From Vicugna vicugna (lineage: Eukaryota), in contig MU058065.1 of the NCBI GenBank assembly GCA_013265495.1, positions 1,496,137 to 1,516,136 on the forward strand: a stretch of 20,000 nt of DNA. Direction: 5' to 3'. The notes beneath the pieces are model-generated. The model was not told the origin of the DNA, made no database searches, and worked only from the letters and a program-made list of their open reading frames with translations. Positions within the stretch are counted from its first letter, which is position 1. Every line of letters starts with the position of its first letter. Made by a program: the position numbers and the translations under genes. This document shows positions 9,669-20,000 of this stretch, in pieces.

Positions 9669-10160
9669 TGTTACTGAACCAAACTTGGGTCCATGTGCGA
9701 AGTAAAGCCAATCTACTGACACTGGGTTGTGGTGAAGGGAAGTGCAGCGTTTATTATAAGGCACTGTATGTCAGAATGGGTGGCTCGTGCTCAAAAACCC
9801 TGAATTCCCCAAAGGGTTTCAACAAAGCATTTTTAAAGGCACAGTTGAGGGAGGGGCATCCCAGAATATGTGCTCAGCTTGTGCACAACTAATTTTCTGG
9901 TTCGTTGATGGTGAGGTAACAGGGCAGTGTCACAGGAGTTAGTATCATCCATCCTTACACACCAGTAGGTCTGGGGACTGTGTGCTCATTGAGTAGTTTT
10001 TTTTTTTTTTTCCATTTGGTGGTGGTTTTAGCATTTGTAAAACAACTCAGGAAATGTGCATCAGATATGATTATCTGCGTACTTCAGAGAGGAGCTAAGC
10101 AGAGGATATGGGGGACAGGTCTGTCCCAGGAAAGTCCCCCCCAGGTCCTGCTCAGTTATA
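9669..10160 (-). mobile_element. ERV1-class solo LTR, MER41-like artiodactyl family
   Basis: Starts TGTTACTGAACCAAACTTGGGTC..GTAAAGCCAATCTACTGACACTGGGTTGTGGTGAAGG and ends GGTCCTGCTCAGTTATA. Minus-strand AATAAA at 9750-9755. Flanks GTGG (9665-9668) and GTGT (10161-10164) fit a decayed 4-bp TSD. Length 492 bp. Confidence 0.85.
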
Positions 10161-10329
10161 GTGTGAAACATCGTCTGAAAGCCACTTTCCCATCCCAGAG
10201 AGCCCCCTTCTTCCTCACCTGTCTTCTCACACATCCTTTCCTCAAGGAACCCTTCTCTCACCTCCAGCCAAACCTTAGTAAGTGTGAATTGCACTGGGTG
10301 CCCGCCTCCTATGGCAAATATTGCTTTCC

Positions 10330-10455
10330 TGTTTTTAAATTATAAAATAGTTTACATGTACAAGAATATCTAAAATGTATGTTTACTCCAGAAGTTTACT
10401 CCAAAAGAAACTATTGCTTATAAAATGCTCACCATCCATTCCCCTGCTTCCCTTG
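10330..10455 (-). mobile_element. Old L1ME-like 3' end (outer element of a nested stack, left piece)
   Basis: TTTTTAAATTATAAAATAGTTTACATGTACAAGAA..AAATGTATGTTTA resembles the reverse strand of an L1ME terminus. Confidence 0.45.
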
Positions 10456-10459
10456 TGTT

Positions 10460-11181
10460 TTTACTTTTTTATTTTGAAGAACATTCAGATTTTTTTTAAG
10501 TAAAAATAGTGTAAAAAATCCCATATACCCTCTCACCCAGATTCCCTGAATCTTAACATTTTACCACATTTAAAATTAATCCTTCCCTCTCCAATCTCTT
10601 TTTGTCTCTGTTTCTCTGTCTCTTTAACACACACACACACACACAATTGTTTCCTTGAAACGTTTGAGACTAAATTGCATATGTGATGCCCTTTCACCTC
10701 AAAACACTTCAGGTATGTATCTTAAGATAGATCTCTTACTTACCTATAATATAATGGTCAAAATCAAGAAACTAACATTGATACAATAATAGTATCTAAT
10801 CTATAGACCTTATTAAGATTTTGCCAATTGGTCCGTGATTTTTTTTTTCCCTAGTCCAGGATCCAAGGCTGATGTTGCATTTAGCTGTCTTATCTCTTTA
10901 ATTTTCTTTAATCAGGAAAAGTCTCTCCGTCTTTCTGTGTCTTTCTTGTCCTCAGCACTTTGAAAGGTCCATTGCTTTGTAGCATGGCTGTCAGTCTGGT
11001 TTTAGACAGATGTGTTCTCATGATTAGATTCAAGCAGTGCTGTTTGGGGCAAGTATGTCACAGCAGCCATGGGATTTCCTCAGTGCACCTGTTGGGGGTA
11101 CAGGATGTCAGTTTGTCCCATTGCTGATCACTTATTTAGGATGCTGTCTGCCAGGTTTATCCTTTAAAGTGACTAGCTTCC
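10460..11181 (-). mobile_element. L1MC4/L1MC5-like 3' UTR (left piece)
   Basis: TTTTATTTTGAA..CCCATATACCCTCTCACCCAGATTC..TTAACATTTTACCACATTT..AAAATCAAGAAACTAACATTGATACAATA..TCCAGGATCCAA..TTGCATTTAGCTGTC..CTCATGATTAGATTCA..GTCTGCCAGGTTT match the recalled L1MC4-type 3' UTR. Confidence 0.85.
10627..10645 (+). repeat. (AC)9 microsatellite inside the L1MC element
   Basis: Read directly from the sequence. Confidence 0.95.
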
Positions 11182-11551
11182 TGCCTTAGTCAGCTCGGGC
11201 CACTGTAACAAAATGCCATAGACAAGGGGGCTTAAATAACATTTATTTCTCATAGTTCTGAAGGCTGGGAAGTCCAAGATCAAGGCACAGGCAGATCTAG
11301 TGTCTGATGAGGGTCCTCATCCTCATTTGCACAATGCTGTGGTCTCAGTGCATCCCCACGTGATGTAGACCTGAGAGGGGAGCAAGCTCTCTGTTGTCTC
11401 TTATGAGGGTGCTCATCCCATCACGAGGGCTGCACCTCCGTGACCCAGTTACCTCCCAAAGGTCCCATCTCCTACTATCATCACATTGGGAGGTTAGGGT
11501 TTCAACGTAAGAATTCGGGGTGGGGGGAACACAAGCATTCGGGCCATAGCA
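11182..11551 (-). mobile_element. ERVL-MaLR solo LTR, MLT1A/MLT1A0-like, inserted in L1MC
   Basis: TGCCTTAGTC..GTAACAAAATGCCATAGAC..GGCTGGGAAGTCCAAGATCAAGGCAC..ACCTCCCAAAGG..TTAGGGTTTCAAC..CCATAGCA, 370 bp with TG...CA termini. 5-bp TSD CTTCC (11177-11181) / GTTCC (11552-11556). Confidence 0.92.
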
Positions 11552-11680
11552 GTTCCCTCTGTAATTGACCAGGAACTCGTGGGGAGACCTTCTGAGACGC
11601 CCCTCCTTCCTCATACTTTAGCCTCTGATTTTAGCATCTGGAGATGATACTTTCCGGAAGCAGCTGCTGCTGCGGATGGA
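11552..11680 (-). mobile_element. L1MC4/L1MC5-like 3' UTR (continuation after MLT1A)
   Basis: TTCCCTCTGTAATT..GTGGGGAGAC..TGAGAC..ATTTTAGCATC..GATGAT continues the L1MC consensus from where it stopped at 11181. Confidence 0.7.
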
Positions 11681-11770
11681 CAGTTAGCTTGTTTCCATGT
11701 TTTTGCTTTGTTGCTTGCTGTTTTAAATCTCCTGGTGCACACAGGCAGGGACTTCCCTAGGGCACGCCTT
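11681..11770 (-). mobile_element. Old L1ME-like fragment (probable right piece of the outer element)
   Basis: TTAGCTTGTTTCCATGTTTTTGCT..ACTTCCCTAGGG resembles L1M TTAGGTTGTTTCCAGTTTTTTGCT..TTTCTCTAGGG. Confidence 0.45.
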
Positions 11771-12594
11771 CTTCAGCTGTAGCAGCCGTATAAACAGAGC
11801 CCCTTTTTGTGTGTTTACTGACTATTCTTGTTTCCTTTTCACACTGATAATTTAGTGTATATTGGGGAGATCTGTGTTTACATCAGCACGTGTTCCAAAA
11901 ATGATGACGATGTTGAGATGTTGTTTCGCAGAGGAAACTTTTTTGACTTCATTTAAGTTGCGTTTTGAAATTTCATTAGCATTTTCTCGGAACGATATGG
12001 TTAATTAGGATCAGCCCCGTTTTATCAAGAAGTTCATAGACTTCACTCCTCACTACCTTAGTGTCCTGTATTAAATTCTCATAGTGAGATTCACAACAAT
12101 AAATATAAGCAGGTCTCTCCATTTAAGAAAAGTCCGTGTAGTTGAACTTCTGCCCAAATCTAGGGACAAAAGGCCACAGAATGTCCTGAACCCAAGCATG
12201 TCTTGTGAAAATATTTTGTTCAAATCAAACTGAATGACACAGTATGAAATGTCTTACTCATTCTGTTTGAGTTATAATAAACATAGAGCCTGGAGGTTCA
12301 AATTTTTCCAGGCACAATTTCTGGTGGTAGTATATAGCTTTTATGTTAGAAGATTCTTTTTGACTTTCAGTTTAGGTTAAGAGTTAAGTTCTACACTTGA
12401 ATGAAAATGTGTGGTTGTGCAAGTGAGTTGGGTGGCAGAAGAATGACATTTTTGCTGTTGCAGGGCTGCTGTTGATCAGGATGGTGACTTAGAACTGGGT
12501 GTGGGAACCCAATGGTATGGATTCTGTTTGGCAAAATCAAACCATCAAGGAATAGGTGACAGGGCCCTGCAGAAGTAGAACATGAAACTCTGAC

Positions 12595-12690
12595 CCAACC
12601 AGAGAAATTGGTTTAGAATGGGTGAGTGACTTTCTCAAGATTACATAATTTCAAATGGTAGAGCTCCAGAACTCACAATCTTAGCTACTC
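12595..12690 (-). mobile_element. Degenerate MIR fragment
   Basis: GAGAAATTGGTTTAGAATGGGTGAGTGACTTTCTCAAGATTACATA..AAATGGTAGAGCT..AGAACTCA matches the reverse MIR core. Confidence 0.6.
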
Positions 12691-12704
12691 TGTTGTAAAT
12701 ATTC

Positions 12705-12728
12705 TGTGTGTGTGTGTGTGTGTGTGTG
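12705..12728 (+). repeat. (TG)12 microsatellite
   Basis: Read directly from the sequence. Confidence 0.97.
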
Positions 12729-15700
12729 GACATTACAATGTCATGCATTTTAGAGCCTAATGGTAAAAATGCATAATTAGGAAAATGCAGTTTTTAATGT
12801 TATTGAGTATAGAATCCAACCTGACTTATGTTCTTTTGTCACTTAATGGAAAAGCAATTTCTACAAAAGTTCATTTAAAAAACTTACTGAAATGAAAATA
12901 TTCACCACGGTGTAGAACAGCCTATTTAATTTACTGGGTCCCATCTTCGCATCATGTGGCAAACTTCCAGGTGACTCGAGTTCCCGAAGGAACCGTTTCA
13001 GTTTTGTTGTACTGACATGACAGTTTATCTGTATGAGTGGTCTTAAGAATCCTGAAGAACACAGACACTCAAATTTGTGTGTCTTCGAGAAAAGCTGGGA
13101 GAGAAATAAACAAAATAACAACAGATCCTGTGACTCTTTCTTCTACCTTCTATCCCAGCTGAATTAGGAAATCAAACTGCAAATTCAAAAAAGCTGAAAT
13201 CTACCAACATATATGACTGTTACAGGAAGCATCTCGGCTCTAAGTGCTGGATGTGCAGACCTCACCCACCGCAGAACAAAATGAATCACCCCCGAGGGTG
13301 CAGGGTCTTCGGGGACATCCTTCTGGGAGTTTCTGTTTTTCCCATTTCTCCCACTTCCTTAACAACATGTTTTAAACACATAGAATTCATTCAGATAAAC
13401 AGGAGGGGCAGTTTTGAGTGGGGAAATAGTTGTAAACGGATGTCCTGGGGTGGACAGGTAGGGGCCATCGGTGTGGGTGAGGAGACATTGGTATCTGCGT
13501 AGCTTTAGTGGAGATGAATGATTGATGAAATAATGATTTACTTACTGTTTAATCAATTGCCTATTACTGTTGTCAAGTTCTCTGATGGACACAGGATATC
13601 CTGCTGACCGGGACACTTACGTCCCTGCCACCTTGGTTGAGCAGCACAGGACAAAGCTCTGGAACTCCCCTCACCTTCGGCAAACTCCCCTGACTCTTGC
13701 CCAGCCCTCCCCACAAGTGTCATTCTTGAAACAAACTGCTGATTGTTTTCTCTGTGCAGATGTGTTTCAAACCAGTGACTATAAACAATCTATTTCTGTG
13801 TCATGTAGGCATTCTGTCACATTTTATGGAGCTGTTTTTGTACAAGTGCAAGAGAGGTGTGGATGGGTCTGAAACATGAGATTCTTGGGAATCTAAACCA
13901 ATTTCATTTTCTTGAATACAAGGAAATGCTCTAGTGTGTATTAGAAATTAGCCTGTCCTAAATGACAGCAAGTGTTGTTTCGTTCATCTCAGGTTTAGAT
14001 GCTTGCGGCACATTTTTAGAAAATTACATCATCATATGATTGCCATCAAGGTGACAGATTGTCCCTTAGATTCTTAAAATAGCGTCCTCTACTCAGAGGA
14101 GAGAAACCCTGTAACATACACTACAGCAGTCGGTGTCACTTTTGTTCATCCAAATAATGTAATAAAGTATGATTTGGGGAGAACAATCAAAATAAAACAA
14201 AGTGTAGGGGAAAGTTGCTTCTGAGATATGGTATCTTGCTGGGTTAAGTTGTTTGGCGGAAGATATATTCCTTGCTTCATGATAAGCTCATGATTTCTCT
14301 GCTGCTTTGCCAGTGTGTTCACCATGTTTTATGTTGGCCTTTGCTTTGACTCATCTGTCCTGCTCTACAGAATATATTGACCACAGATGAACATACGTGT
14401 ATGTCTTACTCTTAACAAAATGTCAAGGAGATAAAGTTAGAATTGTTATGACTCCCCTTTAAAAAATATTACACACTTTAATGTCAATTTCAAGACTATT
14501 GACTGACTAACGACATTACTAACGTGCTTATTCCTGAAGAGGAGAGCAAATTAACATTCAATTGTAGGCAGCTTCAAATTGTGAAACTCATAAATGTTAT
14601 CCAGGGACTCCCTGCGTAACACTTGCAGACAGATAGCTGTGGTTATGATGAGTCTGCCTCTCTGACTGAGCTGGATTCAGGAAGAATTAAGAAGCAAAAC
14701 AGCATCGGGACGGCAGATATGCTGGTAGTTGGCACCTGCGTCTTCAGGGCTTCAGGTTGTTGGTTTCAGGTTGTTGGTTTCGCTTTGTCAATTGGTCACG
14801 TCACCTGACTGAAAGCATGGGAACTTGCCTAAATTATGCTCAGATTTTGGCTGCTTGATCCTTAGCTTAATAATCATGAACTCAGTAGACTGTGCTTTGC
14901 GGAATGAACACTGAACGTGAAAAACCTGCCGTCTTTTGGTTCACCCTCACCTTCCAGCTGATACCAAAGCCAGAGCGAAGGGCTGTGTTTGAGACGGAGC
15001 TCCCAGCGATGAGAGGACAAGCCCTCTGTTTGAGAATGGAAGATTTGGTGGCAGAGAAATGTGGCGCAGGCCACTGTGTTTGACCAAAAACAGGAGGCAC
15101 TGAACGGCTGGAGCCAAATGAAAGCCGGGAGGGAGTAAATGCCAGGAGTATAAAAATGGGTTTAAAGAAAACCAGGCAGGAGCCAGGGGATGCTGAAGTG
15201 GGACTGGCTTGAGGATTTGTATCTTAGCCAGGAAGAAAAAAAAAATTTTACCCCGCTCTCTTGAGCTTTGAAGTTGCCAACTCCCAAATCCACAGTTGTC
15301 CTCTTTTTAGTTAACCATGACCCTCTGCTGCAGGTCCTGGCAACCTGGAGCTTGTCTTAGTTGGGGAGTGTGGCGTTTCTCCATAGCTGTTCAGGAAACT
15401 CCCACATCATGTGGTCAGTGTAACTGCCTTATACTCATGCAGAATCCCACACATCACTGCAGGGATCCTGAGGAGATGGAGGGCCACACAGGCAGAGACC
15501 CTGACCACATTAGATGACTGATCTCCACCGCAGCCCAGCCCGTGAGGCTGTTCTCTCTCCTTGCCTCCATAATCACCAAAGCGTTCTGGACAATTCGAAA
15601 GGAAAGGTTAGAAAAATGGAGAGCCACTCAAAAATAGATTGTGGCTAATTGGTAACAGAGCTTTGCATACATTTACCTGACAGCTTGGAAAGGCCTAGAA

Positions 15701-17799
15701 GTCCCTTGACTTCACCTGTAACTTGGTACCCTTCTGTGCAACCCGCTGAATGCTCTGTCCCGGGGGGAGAGTGATGGTTAAAATGGGACGCACGCTGCTC
15801 AGTTCACTCAGCCCCTGATTCAGTCCTGCAAGGACCTGGTGGCTCTGGGTCAGTGATTCTCCCTTCCAGCCTTTCAGGAGCAGATATGAGCAACTGATCC
15901 CCCTTACCTGATATGATATATAGAAGAGAATAGAGGAAACCAAGTATTTTGCTGAAAATAATGGTTATAAAAATGCTCCCTCATGTGCTATGTGTTTCTT
16001 TGAAAGGGTATGAATACTGCACTTGGGAAGCGAGTTGTCACACTGGTACAGTATTCCTCAAAGCTCGCTTTCTGTTGTAGAAAATCCAGTCCAACATGTG
16101 TTGTGGGACAGCTCTAACCCAGGGGGCCACCCCACCACCACTGTGACTGCGAGTTGCTCCAGCAGAATGGCCGACATGGAGAGGCAGGCAAGGGGGAGCT
16201 GGCAACCAGACGGTGGCCTCTGTTCTCTGTTGGCAGGGATAAGGAAGAGCAGATGCAATTATAAATAGAATTAGAGCCCAAACCAGGATTCCTTGGGTAG
16301 CTCAGTCAACACAAGGTTTTGTTTGATTCAATTTTCTAGATGATTTCATCAATGATTAGCCTAACTTGGTTAGTGGAGATCTGAAAGGAGAGCCAGCTTA
16401 AACATAGTCAGCAAGGCCAGCCTTTCCTTTTTGTCTGTTTTTTTTTTTCTTTTTTTGAGGGGCAGGCATATCTCCAGTTATTGGCTTCTTTGGCTAGACA
16501 GTGCTATCCACATTTTTTTTTTGATAAAGCGGAAAAAAAAAATCACTAAGAGACTGTTTAGAAATCTAAAAGAAAATGGACAGGCTGGAGAAGTATTCAT
16601 GCTGAATAATTACCTTCGATGCTTTGTCCAAATGGCATACCAGGTCAGACTGCTGAATCAGTCAATCAGTCTCTGACTCACTCCCTCTCTCTGTTGCCCT
16701 GTTTCTCCCACTACAGTATCATTATTTCTATTTCTTTCCATGTAACTTATAGCTCTTTGCAGGAACAGTGAGATTTGTTCCTGGGGCTGAGCTGTCTCCA
16801 GAAATAAAAGTTGGATGGTTCATTCCATCCTAAACCCATCTTTTTGACTTAGTCATAGTGTCCAACCTTTGGAAATGCGTATCAGGGGCTTAGAGCTGGA
16901 CTGAATGGTCCAGCCACTCTTGCTTTTTCCTGAAAATGAAATTATTGGATAATAGGTTTTGTTAAGAAATCCTGTCAAAAATTTCTCTTGGTTTAATTTT
17001 AGTCTTATTTGGGCTTTAGCTTGGAAAGTTAAAAATATAGGTAGGAGGATTCACTATTTGGGGAAGAATGTACATTTAAATGATACCACCACCTAGGTTT
17101 TTTAATAAAATATTTGCCTTCTTACTCATATCGATCAACATGAAATTTCTTTTTTAGAGAAATTGTTTTATCTAAACAAATGCAAAGTATGATATATTAT
17201 TACAAGTGACCCTTCTTTTGAGCATTCAACCTAAGAAGTTTTCTGTATTTTGTAGAAGTCCAAATCAAAACAAAATCTTGACATGTAGAGCAGCTACTTT
17301 ATATTTATTTTTACTTGCATATTTTATAAAGGCCACAGTAAGACATTCAAAAAGCAAATTATATGCTAGTGACTTGATTACATGGAAATAATAGTGCAAT
17401 CCAGAAAATATTTTTTTAAAAGTATAGTAAAAGGTTGCCATCATTGAAAAGTAGTGATCTCATAAAGTTCAATTACACAGAATGCAAACTTGCATTATTG
17501 TAAAAACAATGACAAATATTTTGGCTGTCTTCCAGCTTATGTGGGAAAACTAAAGAAAGTTTTTCTTTTCATATATTAGTAAGTTAAAAAAAAAACAGCA
17601 GTTCACTTTTACAAATTTTGTATCACACAGTAAATTGAGAAAATCCCAAACCATTGTAAAATGGTCACCTCCCAACTGCACCTCCACGCACCCAGACTCT
17701 ATTTCCAAGAGCCAGTAAGACCTTTATTCAGCCATCAGATGAGAAGAGGTAGATGGTGGAGATCAATCACCAATTACACTGTAACCGCATTAAACTATT

Positions 17800-18285
17800 T
17801 TGCATCCCCTCATAATGGAGTTTACTTTACAACATTCAAGAGATAAAGAAAAATTAGTGGCTGTGTAGAGAATTACAAGACAGAACGTATAGGTTTTTTA
17901 AATCATGAATATGGAAATGTTAGCCCTTGAAATTAAGGAATAAACTTCAGACTAGACCCAGTTCAAGAAAGAACTAATGTGTTAAAATATGGTACTGAAT
18001 TCACACAGAACAAACTTCTGGTTAAAGACATGAAAGAGGAAAATAATAAATTCAGCTATATTAAAATTAACGTGAGGAATAAAAGGTCGAATTTTTAAAC
18101 TGGCGGAGGAGAAAAATAATTTAAAGCATATCATTTCGACCTCACACATAGTGATAAAAGCACAAAGAGAAGGCACAATTAGTAGACATCTCAAAATAAA
18201 ATTTTAGACGTAAGTACATCAGTGACCAATGACAATAAACGTAAGCTGATTAAACTCATTCATTACAAAGCAGAAGATATACTTA
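17800..18285 (+). mobile_element. Ancient L1M relic spanning the ORF1 C-terminal region to the ORF2 start
   Basis: A-rich sense strand. 18229-18279 translates MTINVS*LNSFITKQKI, like the L1 ORF2p endonuclease N-terminus (ITLNVNGLNSPIKR). 17809-17868 translates LIMEFTLQHSRDKEKLVAV*, weakly like ORF1p (HIIVK..KDKEKILKA). Confidence 0.55.
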
Positions 18286-19596
18286 GTAATTATACTATGG
18301 TACACTATAATATAATATACTTTAATATAATAAAGCATCTTTTATTTTAAGAATCCTTTCTATTTTTTGTAAGGAAATTTCCTTCCACTTAATTGGAATT
18401 TTCAGTAACCAAGCTTCTTTCTCAACACAGGAACACTCAAAATATCATTTCAAAAATAATCATTGTCTCCAAAAGATATGTAAGAAAATCATTTAGGCTA
18501 CCATGATGTCTAGTCACCCTAGGAAGTGACATCATTTAAAAATTCCCAGAGGCAAAATGTGGGCTTAAAATCCACAATTTGATTTGAGGATTTTTTATTC
18601 CAAATGCTATAGTCATTTATTTCCAGTGAGTTTTTAAGTTCTATTTCTTTTTAAAAAATAACCTTTATATTCTGACTTCTGGGCATTTTTTAATGATATC
18701 ACCTACTTTGTACAGTTATAAAATAACATAGTAGCCAAAAACACTTTTCTCATATCTTTTAGAGACATTGAGAAATTTCTGAAATGATATTTTGAATGTT
18801 CTTGTGTTGAGATCAGCTTAGTGGCTGAAAAGTCCTAATTGAGTGAAAAGAAATTTTGGATTTTATCCAAAAATGCTACAATGTATTAAGATGAGGAGGT
18901 GATGCTCTAATATAGTTTAATTCTACAGTTTGATACAATATAAATTATATTCAAGGGGAAAAGAATCCTAAGAACTGTACATCTTAAAATTCTGAAATGA
19001 TGATTTCTTGGTGGCAGATGTTTTTAAAATTCCATCATTATTATGACAGAATATCCTCGCTATAAGAAAACCTTTTTATATTGGGTACCATGAAGTTCTA
19101 GAAGAAAAGGGGGACGTTCATTTCCATGGAGAAATCAAGCTGTTGTTTAATTTCTGTGCACTTTGGGGAAACTGTCAGGGAGCCCTGCCGTGCCTCATGG
19201 TCCCTGCCCTGGCTGAGCTGAGCCAGGCTCTCCTGAAGGGGTCGACATGGCTCTCTTATTGGACATCTGTCCATCTCTTGTCACTGAGACCATGTCACAT
19301 CCTGGGCTTGCACGATCAGCATGTGAGTATGGGCAGCTTCAACCAGTCGGGATGGGTATGATTTAAAAAAAAAAAAAGAGGACTTGCACAATGTCCTCAT
19401 AAAAAGAACTAGACAGGGATCTTTCCTGGAGTTTTTAAAATTATGGCTGTTGTCTAAGTGGAGGTTTGCTAAAATACACAGAAAGAGGAAGGAAGAAAAC
19501 TAAGTTTCTTTTTTTTTTTTGTAAGGTTCTTAAATGCTTGGAAAGCTCAATATCTCTTGAGCTACTTGACTACTTTTCCTTACTTCTCATTGTCAC

Positions 19597-19630
19597 CTCC
19601 TCTCTCCCTCTCTGTCTCTCTCTCTCTGTC

Positions 19631-19666
<36 letters not shown>

Positions 19667-19685
19667 ACACATACACACACACACA
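19597..19685 (+). repeat. Compound microsatellite (CT)n-(CTGT)n-(CT)n-(CA)n
   Basis: Read directly from the sequence. Confidence 0.95.
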
Positions 19686-20000
19686 GCCCTATAGGCTGTG
19701 CTTAATTTTCCATCTCAGTTTTATGACATTGCCAATGTGTCTAGGGAGTCAGTGTTTGAACTGAAGAGAACCAAAGGAAATTGTAAAGTCCTCTTTCAAA
19801 AGCTGGCATCACACACGTGTGGGATGCCGTCACGGATGCCTGTTACGAAGGAACGTCAGGAGCAGATGGATTAACAAGGTACTTATCTAGCTGGATTGAT
19901 GCACATGTCCTAACTGTCCACTTCACTTTGGCTGCAGCAAACTGACTAAATAATTTCATTCATATCAGAATGATGAACTTTCTGTTCATAATTTAATTTT

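Noticed and set aside
9662..10345. ORFs over the ERV1 LTR as retroviral genes
   Set aside because: This is a solo LTR with no gag/pol/env motifs and no internal sequence.
12464..12621. Plus-strand exon between TTGCAG and G|GTGAGT
   Set aside because: The longest frame hits TAG before the donor, the donor lies in a MIR remnant, and the peptide is unrecognisable.
13759..13856. Plus-strand exon after TTTTCTCTGTGCAG within ORF 13570-13872
   Set aside because: The acceptor is plausible, but the donor is weak (GTGTGG) and the peptide is unrecognisable.
14874..15100. Three overlapping ORFs on both strands
   Set aside because: They are short (63-72 aa) with no homology or splice context, as expected by chance in moderately GC-rich sequence.
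1..20000. CRISPR array, operon or other prokaryotic/phage system
   Set aside because: There are no regularly spaced repeats and no long ORFs, and the content is typical of eutherian non-coding DNA.

Overview
Non-coding mammalian genomic DNA, intronic or intergenic. It is probably from a camelid (camel/llama/alpaca): it carries a tRNA-Ala-derived vic-1-type SINE with a 15-bp target-site duplication (TSD) and a young artiodactyl-type L1 3' tail. I can support no protein-coding exon, RNA gene, CRISPR array or prokaryotic-type system, and the listed ORFs look like chance or transposon-derived frames. Roughly a quarter to a third of the window is recognisable transposon remnants: MER5A-type DNA transposon, several MIRs, L2, two MaLR solo LTRs, a MER41-like ERV1 solo LTR, a nested L1ME > L1MC > MLT1A stack and an ancient L1 ORF1/ORF2 relic. 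I found no convincing undescribed biological system. The best leads are an ERV1 LTR with a perfect NF-kB site overlapping a near-GAS motif, a TE-free forkhead-motif-rich segment at about 2.1-3.0 kb, two clean TSD-flanked retro-insertions and a candidate 44-nt minus-strand exon. Repeat family names come from recalled consensus similarity, not a database search, and boundaries of old elements are approximate.
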